Position numbers and translations under genes: made by a program. 64,000 bases of DNA from Gemmatimonadaceae bacterium (lineage in GTDB: Bacteria; Gemmatimonadota; Gemmatimonadetes; Gemmatimonadales; Gemmatimonadaceae): contig JANRJP010000102.1 of NCBI GenBank assembly GCA_033763905.1, positions 1 to 64,000 of the forward strand, in the 5' to 3' direction. Every line of letters begins with the position of its first letter. The first letter of the stretch is position 1. The notes beneath the pieces are model-generated. The model searched no databases. It saw nothing but the letters and a program-made list of their open reading frames with translations, and had not been told where the DNA came from. This document shows, piece after piece, positions 1 through 8,591 of the stretch.

Positions 1-1
1 G

Positions 2-217
2 CGGGGCGGCGTGAATGCCGGCCCGTTCGCACAAGTTGGGGCCTCGTGGTTCATTTTGCCCCGCCTGTCGGTGGGCGCCGATGCCGCAGTCCTCCTTGCC
101 GCCTCGCGGTTTCGCGAGACCGTACGGCCGGCGGGCGCGCCTGCGGTTGTGAGAAGCTCCACGAGCGTCGGCTTTACGGCTGGTACGTTCGGGTTGGTGG
201 GCGCCCTGTACTTCTGA
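2..217 (+). CDS. C-terminal fragment of a probable outer-membrane beta-barrel protein (5' end outside the window)
   Basis: Frame open from the window edge; alternating hydrophobic strands (PFAQVGASWFI, GTFGLVGALYF) ending in a C-terminal Phe, typical of a beta-signal. Confidence 0.5.
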   Translation, partial: RGGVNAGPFAQVGASWFILPRLSVGADAAVLLAASRFRETVRPAGAPAVVRSSTSVGFTAGTFGLVGALYF

Positions 218-283
218 GGCGTGGTCGGCGCTACCGTTCACTCTCGCTGCATCACGCATTGTCTCGGCGACCAAGGAGAGCCC

Positions 284-1243
284 GTGAAGGGTCAGGTATG
301 GATCGCCATGGGTACGCTGCTCGCCGGTGTGGCCATATCGTCGGCCGGCAACGCGCAGCAGGTGTCTTCGGGAGTCGCCGACTGGCACACGCATCTCAGT
401 CTGGAAGCGCCGGGCATCTTGGATTCACTCGCGCGCAGCGGCGTGCGTGTCGTCCGGGACTGCGGCGGCGACCTCGATAGCCTCCTCCGCTGGCGCGAGC
501 GGATCCGTTCGGGGCAGATGACGGGGCCTGCACTCCTGATTGCGGGGCCGCTCATCGATGGGCCGAAGCCGGAAGCTCCGTATCGCCTCACCGTCGTGGA
601 CGACGCGACGGCCAGAGCCGCTGTCGACTCGTTGGCAGCGCGTGGCGTGGATTTCCTCAAGGTGCACAACGCGGTACCAATGGGTGCCTTCTTCGAGCTG
701 TTGCGGCGCGCGCATGCGCGTCGACTCCCGGTGGCCGTGCATCTGCCGCGCGGCATCGCCGCATGGACGGCCGTCGACTCTGGCGCCAGCAGCATCGAGC
801 ACGCGGCCGAGAGCCTCGTTGCGAGCCCGATCTATGCAGGGATGGCGCGTGCACCGGCGGAAGCGCTGGCCTGGTGGCGATCCCCCGCTGGTGACTCGAT
901 TATGCAGCGCTGGGCCACACGCGGCGTCGTCGTGGTCCCGACACTGGTGCGGTACGAAGCCACCATCGCGACCGCGGCGGACACAGTCCGTGCACAGCGC
1001 GCCGCCTTATTCCCCGAACTGCTCGCGCTCGTCGGCCGAATGAGCCGAGCCGGGGTGCGCGTCGCGGCAGGTACGGACGTCGCCGGTGTGCCTGGCGCTC
1101 CTCCAGCGTGGCGTGCGATTCGGCGTGAGATGGAACTGCTCGCGAAAGCGGGCCTTGATGCGCCCGCGTTGCGCTGGGCGTCGAGCCCGACTTCACTGCA
1201 CGCGTGGCGCGAGTCAGGCGGCGCTTCGCGGGGCGCGCGATGA
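284..1243 (+). CDS. Exported amidohydrolase-family protein (compact TIM-barrel)
   Basis: AGGAG then GTG at 284; signal peptide; DWHTH, FLKVH, VAVHLP, IEHA and AGTD metal-binding motifs. Confidence 0.8.
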   Translation: MKGQVWIAMGTLLAGVAISSAGNAQQVSSGVADWHTHLSLEAPGILDSLARSGVRVVRDCGGDLDSLLRWRERIRSGQMTGPALLIAGPLIDGPKPEAPYRLTVVDDATARAAVDSLAARGVDFLKVHNAVPMGAFFELLRRAHARRLPVAVHLPRGIAAWTAVDSGASSIEHAAESLVASPIYAGMARAPAEALAWWRSPAGDSIMQRWATRGVVVVPTLVRYEATIATAADTVRAQRAALFPELLALVGRMSRAGVRVAAGTDVAGVPGAPPAWRAIRREMELLAKAGLDAPALRWASSPTSLHAWRESGGASRGAR

Positions 1244-1378
1244 GCACGTGGACGGCATCACCTTGAGTGCGAGCAAGGGTGAGAAGGTCAGCCGGTGCCA
1301 CACACGGCGACCTAGCGGCGTTGCCACGACCACCGTCTATTGAAGCCTTCGCCGTAGCGACACGCGTCCGCCTGACCA

Positions 1379-1813
1379 ATGGAGTCTTCCACCGTGGCCA
1401 ACAACACCACGCGCCTGATCGAGTTTATGGCACGCGTCTGGAGCGCGGGCGACGTGGGGGCGGTCGACGAGCTTCTCGGCCCGCAATACACGATCTACAG
1501 TGATCCGGGCGATCCTTGGGACGGACAGACATTGTCCGTGTCGGCATTCAAGGAACGCCTGATCGCCTCGCGCGCACCATTCCCAGACCTGACCTTTGAC
1601 ATCGACGACACCGTCAGTGCCGGCGACCGCGTCGCGCTGAGTTGGACGATGCGAGGCACGCAATTGGGAGCGTTGGGTGGACGTCCACCGTCCGGCCGCT
1701 CCTTCGCGGTCCGGGGCATCACCATCTACCACTTTTCCGATGGTCGCATCATCGGACATCAGCAAGTGGTGGATCGGCTGTCGGTCGCGCAACAGCTCGG
1801 GCTCTTCGGCTAG
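1379..1813 (+). CDS. SnoaL-like ester cyclase (NTF2 fold)
   Basis: PFPDLTFDIDDTVSAGDRV, WTMRGT and PPSGRSFAVRGITIYHFSDGRI are typical of the family. Confidence 0.88.
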   Translation: MESSTVANNTTRLIEFMARVWSAGDVGAVDELLGPQYTIYSDPGDPWDGQTLSVSAFKERLIASRAPFPDLTFDIDDTVSAGDRVALSWTMRGTQLGALGGRPPSGRSFAVRGITIYHFSDGRIIGHQQVVDRLSVAQQLGLFG

Positions 1814-2066
1814 CGACAGGGGGATGACGGCCGCCCTGACGGGACGCCGCCAGAGGCAACGCAACCACCGCGCGGCGCAGCGTCAGGGTCGAGACGAGAC
1901 GGCCCCGCTTTGACAGCGACCCGATTCGGAGCGAGACTTTCGGAAGGGAGCAGTCACGACGCGGCATCGAGACTACCCCCGCGTCGATCTGGCGGGCTCG
2001 GCGGCACCGCGAGACGGGCGCGCCGCAACGTCGGCCGACGCCAACCCCGCACCCGCTGTGCACGCA

Positions 2067-3545
2067 ATGACCCCTCGGATGATTGTCGTCTATCAGGACT
2101 CGCCTCGGCTGGCCTACCGAGAGCAGAGTCGGCGCAATCTCGAGTTCGTGACTCAGCGCATCGAGCATTTCTTTCGCGACACCAACGTCCGCTTCCTGCC
2201 GGACGGCGTACCGCTCGATGCGCAGGCATCCGACGTGGTCGTTGGCGTCACTCTCCTCAACCCGTTGCTCGACATCGATCTGCTGCGGACGATGATCGAC
2301 TGGGCGGGACGTGTGCCGCGGAGGATCGTCGCCGAGGGAGCGGTCCCGGGGACGGAGCCACAGTACGTCGCGCTGGCGGGCCATACGCAGTCCGCGACGA
2401 AGGTGATCTTCCACGACACGCAACGGCAGTACAATACGCAGCTGAATCTGTACCGGATGAAGCGGGCGAAGATCTTCAATAGCTTCTGCGCCGCCTTCCC
2501 GGACTTCCACTCCTGGTCGACGCGGCGCCTGTTGGATTACTGCGCGACACCAGAAGGTGTGCGGTTCGTCCTGTCCTACGGCGAGCCGATCGAGCTGACG
2601 GAGTACCGCGCGTGCCCGCTCTGCCAGAGTGAGCATTTGCTGGCGCTGCACGCCGACAACGGGCATCCGGTGCAAGGGTTCCTGAACCGGCACTCGGTCT
2701 TCTACCATCGGTGCCAGCAGTGCGAATTGGTCTTCCTGAATCCCCACGCGGGGCACAAGGACCTGCATCGCTACTACGACGAGTACACCTTCGAGTCGCC
2801 GCTGCGGTCGCACAGTTTCGATCATCTCTTCGACCACCTGGGTGAAGAGACGGTCAGCCACTGGGCCAACTATGTATCGATTGCCGGCCTGATCGACTCG
2901 CTTCCCCGGGGCGGACGCTGCCTGGACATCGGTGGGGGATACGGCGAGTTCTGCCAGTTCGTCGCTCGACGTCGGCCCGATCTGCGGGTGGAACTGCTGG
3001 ACTTCCGCATCGACGATGAGTTGCAGGCCGCGCTGCGGCAGCGCAACATCGAAGCCCGTTCTGGCGATTTCGTGACGGAGGACCTGGGGGAGGGGGCCTT
3101 CGAGTTGATCACGAATTGGGAGGTCATCGAGCACATTGATCTGACCTACCTCAAACCGTACTTTCGCAAGGTGCACCGGGCGTTGACGCCAACGGGGCGT
3201 TACGTGTTTTCGACGCCGGACTTCGCGGATCCCTTCTGCAGGGCGCTCGACTTCTGGGCGATGGCGCCGGGAGAGCATTTGTCGGTGCTGTCGCGCGCGG
3301 TGCTGGAGCCGATACTGGAAAGCGTCGGCTTGGTGGTGTTGCACGAGTCCCACGAGAGCGTGACAACCAAGACGGCGGATCGGTGGTTCAAGTACGCGGC
3401 AGAACACCACGCCAGCCTCGCGGCGCGCGCCGAAGGGTGGATCATCAATGATCTGTTGCAGCAGGAATCGCTCAGCGACTATCGACGCAGTGTTCGGCAG
3501 CGCAATCTTGGCAGTGAACTGATACTCACAGTGGGGAAACCGTGA
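2067..3545 (+). CDS. Class I SAM-dependent methyltransferase with Zn-ribbon and an extra N-terminal domain
   Basis: CPLC and CQQC zinc ribbon, CLDIGGGYG motif I, WEVIEH, GRYVFSTP; start at 2067 or 2079. Confidence 0.8.
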   Translation: MTPRMIVVYQDSPRLAYREQSRRNLEFVTQRIEHFFRDTNVRFLPDGVPLDAQASDVVVGVTLLNPLLDIDLLRTMIDWAGRVPRRIVAEGAVPGTEPQYVALAGHTQSATKVIFHDTQRQYNTQLNLYRMKRAKIFNSFCAAFPDFHSWSTRRLLDYCATPEGVRFVLSYGEPIELTEYRACPLCQSEHLLALHADNGHPVQGFLNRHSVFYHRCQQCELVFLNPHAGHKDLHRYYDEYTFESPLRSHSFDHLFDHLGEETVSHWANYVSIAGLIDSLPRGGRCLDIGGGYGEFCQFVARRRPDLRVELLDFRIDDELQAALRQRNIEARSGDFVTEDLGEGAFELITNWEVIEHIDLTYLKPYFRKVHRALTPTGRYVFSTPDFADPFCRALDFWAMAPGEHLSVLSRAVLEPILESVGLVVLHESHESVTTKTADRWFKYAAEHHASLAARAEGWIINDLLQQESLSDYRRSVRQRNLGSELILTVGKP

Positions 3546-4378
3546 AGATCTCGGCGAGCCAAAAGGCACAGTTCCAGGAGCAGGGTTTCCTCATCTTCGA
3601 AGAGTTCTTCACGCCTGAGGAGATCTCCGACTTTCAGCACACGCTGCGGCAGCTGATCCGCACGGCGCTGGCCAAGGCGAAGAAGAGCGGCCACGCGGTG
3701 GACCCCGCCGCGTACGATGGCACCGAGTTTCACGCGGGCCTGCAGAAGCTCGAGTCCATCGACCACTTCTACGTCGCCGACATCTACGACACGCTGGCGC
3801 AGTCCGTGGCCTTCAAGCGACTGACCACGAAGCGGGAGACGGAGTCCGCGATCAACCAGCTGATGGATCGGGATGAGCGTGCCCCGCTGTACACCTACAC
3901 GTGTCGGTGCCGGATCGACCCGCCCAAGGATGATCGCCGCACCTACGGCTGGCATCAGGAAGTGTTCTACTCGATCCCGCGCAGCCGATTCCTGCAGACC
4001 TGGGCGCCGCTCGTCGATCCCAGCTCGGTCGCCAATGGGACGGTCGAGGTGTGCGTCGGCAGCCACCGCGAAGGCGTCGCTCGACAGTCGTGGAATGAGG
4101 TGCCTGGACGCGCCGTGCAGATCATTGTGGATGAGGCGCTCACCGAGAAGTACCCGAAGCAGAAGATCCTGCTGAACGTCGGCCAGTTGCTGATTTTCGA
4201 TTACCGGCTCTTTCACCGGAGCGGGGACAATCAGTCATCTCGGGTGCGCTATTCGCTCGTGGGGATGTACCACGATGCCGACAATCCCGAGTTCTACTCC
4301 GCCAGCGTCTCACTGGGCTTCAAGAAGTCGTCGCCGAGAGAGTTTTTCGACGAGACCTTCGGGGCGCCGCGTCACTGA
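3542..4378 (+). CDS. Phytanoyl-CoA dioxygenase (PhyH) family 2OG-Fe(II) oxygenase
   Basis: FQEQGFL N-terminus, WHQE, TWAPL, GSH, LFHRSG and RYSL; start overlaps the upstream stop (GTGA). Confidence 0.88.
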   Translation: MKISASQKAQFQEQGFLIFEEFFTPEEISDFQHTLRQLIRTALAKAKKSGHAVDPAAYDGTEFHAGLQKLESIDHFYVADIYDTLAQSVAFKRLTTKRETESAINQLMDRDERAPLYTYTCRCRIDPPKDDRRTYGWHQEVFYSIPRSRFLQTWAPLVDPSSVANGTVEVCVGSHREGVARQSWNEVPGRAVQIIVDEALTEKYPKQKILLNVGQLLIFDYRLFHRSGDNQSSRVRYSLVGMYHDADNPEFYSASVSLGFKKSSPREFFDETFGAPRH

Positions 4379-4418
4379 CGGGTCCGCGTGACGCTGTCCT
4401 TCACGCGCTCAGCGGCCG

Positions 4419-5558
4419 GTGATGTCGATCCCCGCACTCATGCAGGTCGCAGCGCTGCAGGTCGCATCGCTGCTGGTCGCGGCGGCGCCGTCGCTGGCCC
4501 GCCCCGCGACGGACTCCGTGCAGCGCCGTCTGCAGCAGATCGCGGACAGTGTGGTCGCCGCGAGGCCGCGAATGCCCGGGATCATCATCGCGGTGGAGCA
4601 ACCGTCGACGGGCGCGCGGTGGAGCGTGGCGGCGGGGCTCGCCGATACCGCGCGGAAGACCACGCTGACTCCCGATCAGCCGGTTCGGTTGGCAAGCAAC
4701 ACCAAGACCTACACGGCGGCGGCCGTGCTGCGGCTCGTGGAACTGCAGCGGCTGTCGCTCAGCGATCCGGTGGCGCGGCATCTGCCGCCGTCGATCGATT
4801 CGTTGTTGCGGCGCGATGGCTATGCGACCGACGTCATCACCGTCGAGCAGGTGCTGAATCACCGCGCGGGGTTCAACGAACACCCCGCGGTCCCCAGCTA
4901 CGTGGGGATGCTGCGTACGGATCCCCAGCATCGCTGGACGCCCCGCGAGCAGCTGCAGTGGTTGGTGGACAGTCTGGCCCCCGTGGGTCCGCCCGGGGCG
5001 CAGTTCCGCTATTCGGACGCCGGCTATGTACTCCTGGGGCTGATCGTCGAGCGGGTGACGGGTCGGCCACTCGCCCAAGCGGTCCGGTCGCTCGTGCGAT
5101 TCGATCGACTGGGATTGCGCCACACGTGGTGGGAAACGCTGGAGCCTGCGCCGCGCGGCGTACCGGACCGCGCGCACCAGTATCTCGGAGGATTCGACGC
5201 CTACGGGATCGACCCATCATTCGATCTCTACGGCGGAGGCGGCCTCGTGGCGCCAATGGCCGATCTCGCGCATTTCCTCACCGTGTTGATGGGTGGGAAG
5301 GTGTTCGAGTACCAGGCGACACTCGACACGATGATGCGCCCCCAGAGCCCGGAGATGAACGGCTATGGGATGGGTCTGTTCGGCTCGAAGGCGGGCGGCC
5401 TGACGGGACGTGGCCATAGCGGCTTCTGGGGAACGACGGCGATGGTGTTCCCGGATGCCGGGGTGACGATCGCGATTGCCATCACGGAGCAGAGCGAGTT
5501 CCGGCAGGCGAATGCCGTGATGGGCGCGGTGCTGCAAGTGTTCCGCGCTGGCCGGTAG
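4419..5558 (+). CDS. Exported serine hydrolase (beta-lactamase / D-Ala-D-Ala carboxypeptidase family)
   Basis: SxxK (ASNTK), FRYSDAGY, GHSG; signal peptide. Confidence 0.88.
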   Translation: MMSIPALMQVAALQVASLLVAAAPSLARPATDSVQRRLQQIADSVVAARPRMPGIIIAVEQPSTGARWSVAAGLADTARKTTLTPDQPVRLASNTKTYTAAAVLRLVELQRLSLSDPVARHLPPSIDSLLRRDGYATDVITVEQVLNHRAGFNEHPAVPSYVGMLRTDPQHRWTPREQLQWLVDSLAPVGPPGAQFRYSDAGYVLLGLIVERVTGRPLAQAVRSLVRFDRLGLRHTWWETLEPAPRGVPDRAHQYLGGFDAYGIDPSFDLYGGGGLVAPMADLAHFLTVLMGGKVFEYQATLDTMMRPQSPEMNGYGMGLFGSKAGGLTGRGHSGFWGTTAMVFPDAGVTIAIAITEQSEFRQANAVMGAVLQVFRAGR

Positions 5559-5722
5559 CGCGATTCCTCGTGATCAACTCAAGGCGCCGACTGCGACGGC
5601 CGTTCGTTGGTACGGGTGGCGTGCAATCGCACGCGCAACAGGGCTGATCGAGCGGCACGCTCGATCCAGCGGGGCCGCCCGGGCGTGCACCCCTGCACCC
5701 GTCGACAGGGTCGCACTCCGGT

Positions 5723-5731
5723 TGCTATTCT
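5723..5731 (+). promoter_or_regulatory. Candidate extended -10 element (TGcTATTCT) for the kinase gene
   Basis: TGnTANNNT match in a GC-rich context about 25 nt upstream of the GTG at 5756. Confidence 0.4.
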
Positions 5732-5755
5732 TTCCCGCATCGTGTCGATCCCGCT

Positions 5756-8122
5756 GTGAGCCTCCTCGATCGCGTTCGCGCCGCGCTTGCCGCCTCGTAC
5801 GATGTCCTGAAGGAACAGGGACGCGGCGGGATGGCCACGGTGTTTCTGGCCCGCGACCGCAAGCACGATCGCCTGGTGGCGATCAAGGTCCTGCACCCCG
5901 ACACGGCCGAGGCGGTCGGGGCGGACCGATTTCTGCGCGAAGTCCGGATCACCGCTCGGCTGAACCACCCGCACATCGTGCCGTTGCTCGATTCGGGCTC
6001 CGCCGACGGGTTGCTGTACTACGTGATGCCCTTCGTTGACGGGGAGTCCTTGCGGCAGCGGCTCGAGCGGGTAGGCTCGTTGCCAGCCGTCGATGGCCTC
6101 CGCGTCATCCGCGAGGTCGCGGATGCGATCGGCGCCGCGCACGCCTCGGGCATCGTGCATCGCGACATCAAGCCGGAGAACATCCTCCTGCAGGGCGGCC
6201 ACGCCTTGGTGGCCGATTTCGGCATCGGGCGAAGCACAGTGACCTCGGGTACTGCGGCGGGCGGGGAATCGGGGCTTACCGCCACCGGCGTCGCGATCGG
6301 AACGCCGGCGTATATGAGCCCAGAACAGGCGATGGGTGCAGGCGGCGACGATCCGCGCACCGACGTCTACGCGCTCGGCTGCGTCGCGTACGAAGTCCTG
6401 ACGGGCGAAGTCCCGTTCGCTGCGCCCACCGCGGTCGCGAGCATCAATCGGAAACTCACCGAGGCGCCGCCGGAGCTGTCGCCGCGCCCGGCGGGCGTCT
6501 CCGCAGCTGTCGCTGCGGCCATTCGGGTGGCGATGGCGCGAGAGGCGGCGGATCGGTTCGGCAGCGTGCAGGCGTTCGTGGCGGCGCTCGGCGACGGGCA
6601 CCCGTCGTCGGTGCGCGTGTCATCGTCGAGCACTCGTCGCGTGGCGAGCACCGCAGGCCTTGCCGTACTCGCGGCCGTCGTGGCGTTTGGTGGCCTCTGG
6701 TTCGGCGTCCGCGAGCGCCGCGCCGATGTCACGCCGAGCCGCACCGACGGTCCGCTCGCCTCCACGATGGCCGTGCTGCCGTTCGAGAACCTCTCGGGTG
6801 ACTCGACCGTGGCCTACATCGCCGAGGGCCTCGCCGATGAGCTGGTGACGAGTCTCTCGCAGGTGCCGGGAATGCGCGTGGCGTCACGCACGTCAACCGG
6901 CACCTTGCAGCGCAAAGGCCTTGAGCTCGAGGAGATCGCGGCCAAGCTGGATGTCGAGACCGTCCTCGAAGGGAGTCTCAAGGTGAGCGGCGATCGCATA
7001 CGCGTCTCGACGCGACTGGTGAAGGTCGCAGATGGCTATCCGATCTGGGCGCAGTCGTACGACCGCTCGTCAGCCGACGTGCTCCGCATCCAGGAAGAGA
7101 TCGCTGCCGCGATCGCCGGTGCATTGCGTGGCGCCGCGACCGCCAGCGCCAGCGCGGACGCGTTGGCCAGCGGTACGACCGACCCCGGGACCTACAAGCT
7201 CTATTTGCAGGGGGCCGCAATGCGGTCGCAGCAAACGGAGCAGCGCCTGGTCTCGGCGGTTCGGCTCTTCAAGGACGCGATTGCCCGCGACCCACGCTTC
7301 GCCCGTGCGTGGGCCGGTCTGGCCAGCGCCTGCGCGGTGCAGGGCTGGTACGACTACCGCTCGCCGCGCGAAGCCTTCCCCGAGTCGATGGCCGCTGCCG
7401 ATTCCGCCCTGCGGCTTGATCCGCGCAACGCATCGGCGCAGGCCACGAAGGCCTACGCCGCCCTGTATTACGAGTGGAATCTTCCGAAGGCGGAAGCGGC
7501 ATTTCGCCAAGCGATTGCCTTCGACCCCAACAGCGCCATCGCGCATCAGTGGTACGGCAACTACCTCGCGGTGGCGCAGCGATGGGACGAGTCTGAGCGG
7601 GCATTCGCCACGGCGCTCCGTCTCGACCCCGCGCCGTCCGTCCGGCACGCGGTGGCGATCTGGGTGCAGCATTTCCGCGGCGACGACGCGCGGTCGATCG
7701 CGACGTTCTACGACGTCGCGCAGTTCGACTCGACCTATGCGCCGATTTTTCAATGGGGCGCGAAGCCGCTACTCGCGACGGGGCGCGTGAATGAGGCCGT
7801 GGCCGCGCTCGAACGAGCCGTCACGCTTTCGAATCGCGGCGCGGCGTTCGTGGCTGACCTCGCGGCGGCCAAGGCGATCCAAGGCGATCGCGCTGCGGCC
7901 AAGCGCCTGCTCGACGAGGTGCTCGGCAAGCGGGTCGTGCCGGCGTACGAGGTGGCGAAGGTGTATCTGGCCCTGGGCGACAAGGCGCAGGCGCTACGGT
8001 GGCTGGCACGCGCGTACGACGCTCGGACCCACTCGATGGTGTTTCTCCGGATCGACCGCCAGCTCGATCCCCTGCGCGGCGATCCCGCCTTCGAGGCGCT
8101 CGCAAAGCAGGTCGGCGTTTAG
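5756..8122 (+). CDS. Ser/Thr protein kinase with TM helix, TolB-N-like domain and TPR repeats
   Basis: GRGGMATV, VAIK, HRDIKPEN, DFG, GTPAYMSPEQ; TM segment; AVLPFENLS; TPR-type helical repeats. Confidence 0.93.
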   Translation: MSLLDRVRAALAASYDVLKEQGRGGMATVFLARDRKHDRLVAIKVLHPDTAEAVGADRFLREVRITARLNHPHIVPLLDSGSADGLLYYVMPFVDGESLRQRLERVGSLPAVDGLRVIREVADAIGAAHASGIVHRDIKPENILLQGGHALVADFGIGRSTVTSGTAAGGESGLTATGVAIGTPAYMSPEQAMGAGGDDPRTDVYALGCVAYEVLTGEVPFAAPTAVASINRKLTEAPPELSPRPAGVSAAVAAAIRVAMAREAADRFGSVQAFVAALGDGHPSSVRVSSSSTRRVASTAGLAVLAAVVAFGGLWFGVRERRADVTPSRTDGPLASTMAVLPFENLSGDSTVAYIAEGLADELVTSLSQVPGMRVASRTSTGTLQRKGLELEEIAAKLDVETVLEGSLKVSGDRIRVSTRLVKVADGYPIWAQSYDRSSADVLRIQEEIAAAIAGALRGAATASASADALASGTTDPGTYKLYLQGAAMRSQQTEQRLVSAVRLFKDAIARDPRFARAWAGLASACAVQGWYDYRSPREAFPESMAAADSALRLDPRNASAQATKAYAALYYEWNLPKAEAAFRQAIAFDPNSAIAHQWYGNYLAVAQRWDESERAFATALRLDPAPSVRHAVAIWVQHFRGDDARSIATFYDVAQFDSTYAPIFQWGAKPLLATGRVNEAVAALERAVTLSNRGAAFVADLAAAKAIQGDRAAAKRLLDEVLGKRVVPAYEVAKVYLALGDKAQALRWLARAYDARTHSMVFLRIDRQLDPLRGDPAFEALAKQVGV

Positions 8123-8589
8123 GGCGTGACGGGTGGTGTGCACCCGCCGCGCTGCTGCGTATAGTGCAGCGCGGCCACGCGCCACGTACCGTGCCCACGC
8201 ACGAGAGTGTAGCGGTCGACTCCGCAAGACGTCAGTCGACCGTCGAGCCACACGGCGAAGGGCGCCGTGAACGCCGCGAGATCACCGTCCTGCTCGATGC
8301 GTATCTGCCAGACACGCCCTTCCCATCGCGCTCGGCGCGCCGCGACGCTCCGTATCGTCCCCTCGACGTCAGCCACCTGCGGTGGCCGCGATGGATCACC
8401 GGGCTGCGGGACGCCGACCGAGATCGCCCAGGGCCACGATAGCGCACGGAGCGTGCTGGTGTCACGCGCGGCCAGCGCGTCGATGTAGCGGAGCACGGTC
8501 GTGCGGATGACCGTCGAGTCGGGTGCGCCCTGCGCGCGCAGCGGAACTGCCGCTGCGGCCGCGAGGGCGACCAGCCACCGGGTGCGCAT
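8119..8589 (-). CDS. Exported NTF2/SnoaL-like protein
   Basis: ATG at 8589, 2 nt after the upstream stop; signal peptide; IRIEQDGDLA, APFAVWLDG, CGVDRYTL and WRV pattern. Confidence 0.75.
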   Translation of the reverse strand: MRTRWLVALAAAAAVPLRAQGAPDSTVIRTTVLRYIDALAARDTSTLRALSWPWAISVGVPQPGDPSRPPQVADVEGTIRSVAARRARWEGRVWQIRIEQDGDLAAFTAPFAVWLDGRLTSCGVDRYTLVRGHGTWRVAALHYTQQRGGCTPPVTP

Positions 8590-8591
8590 CG

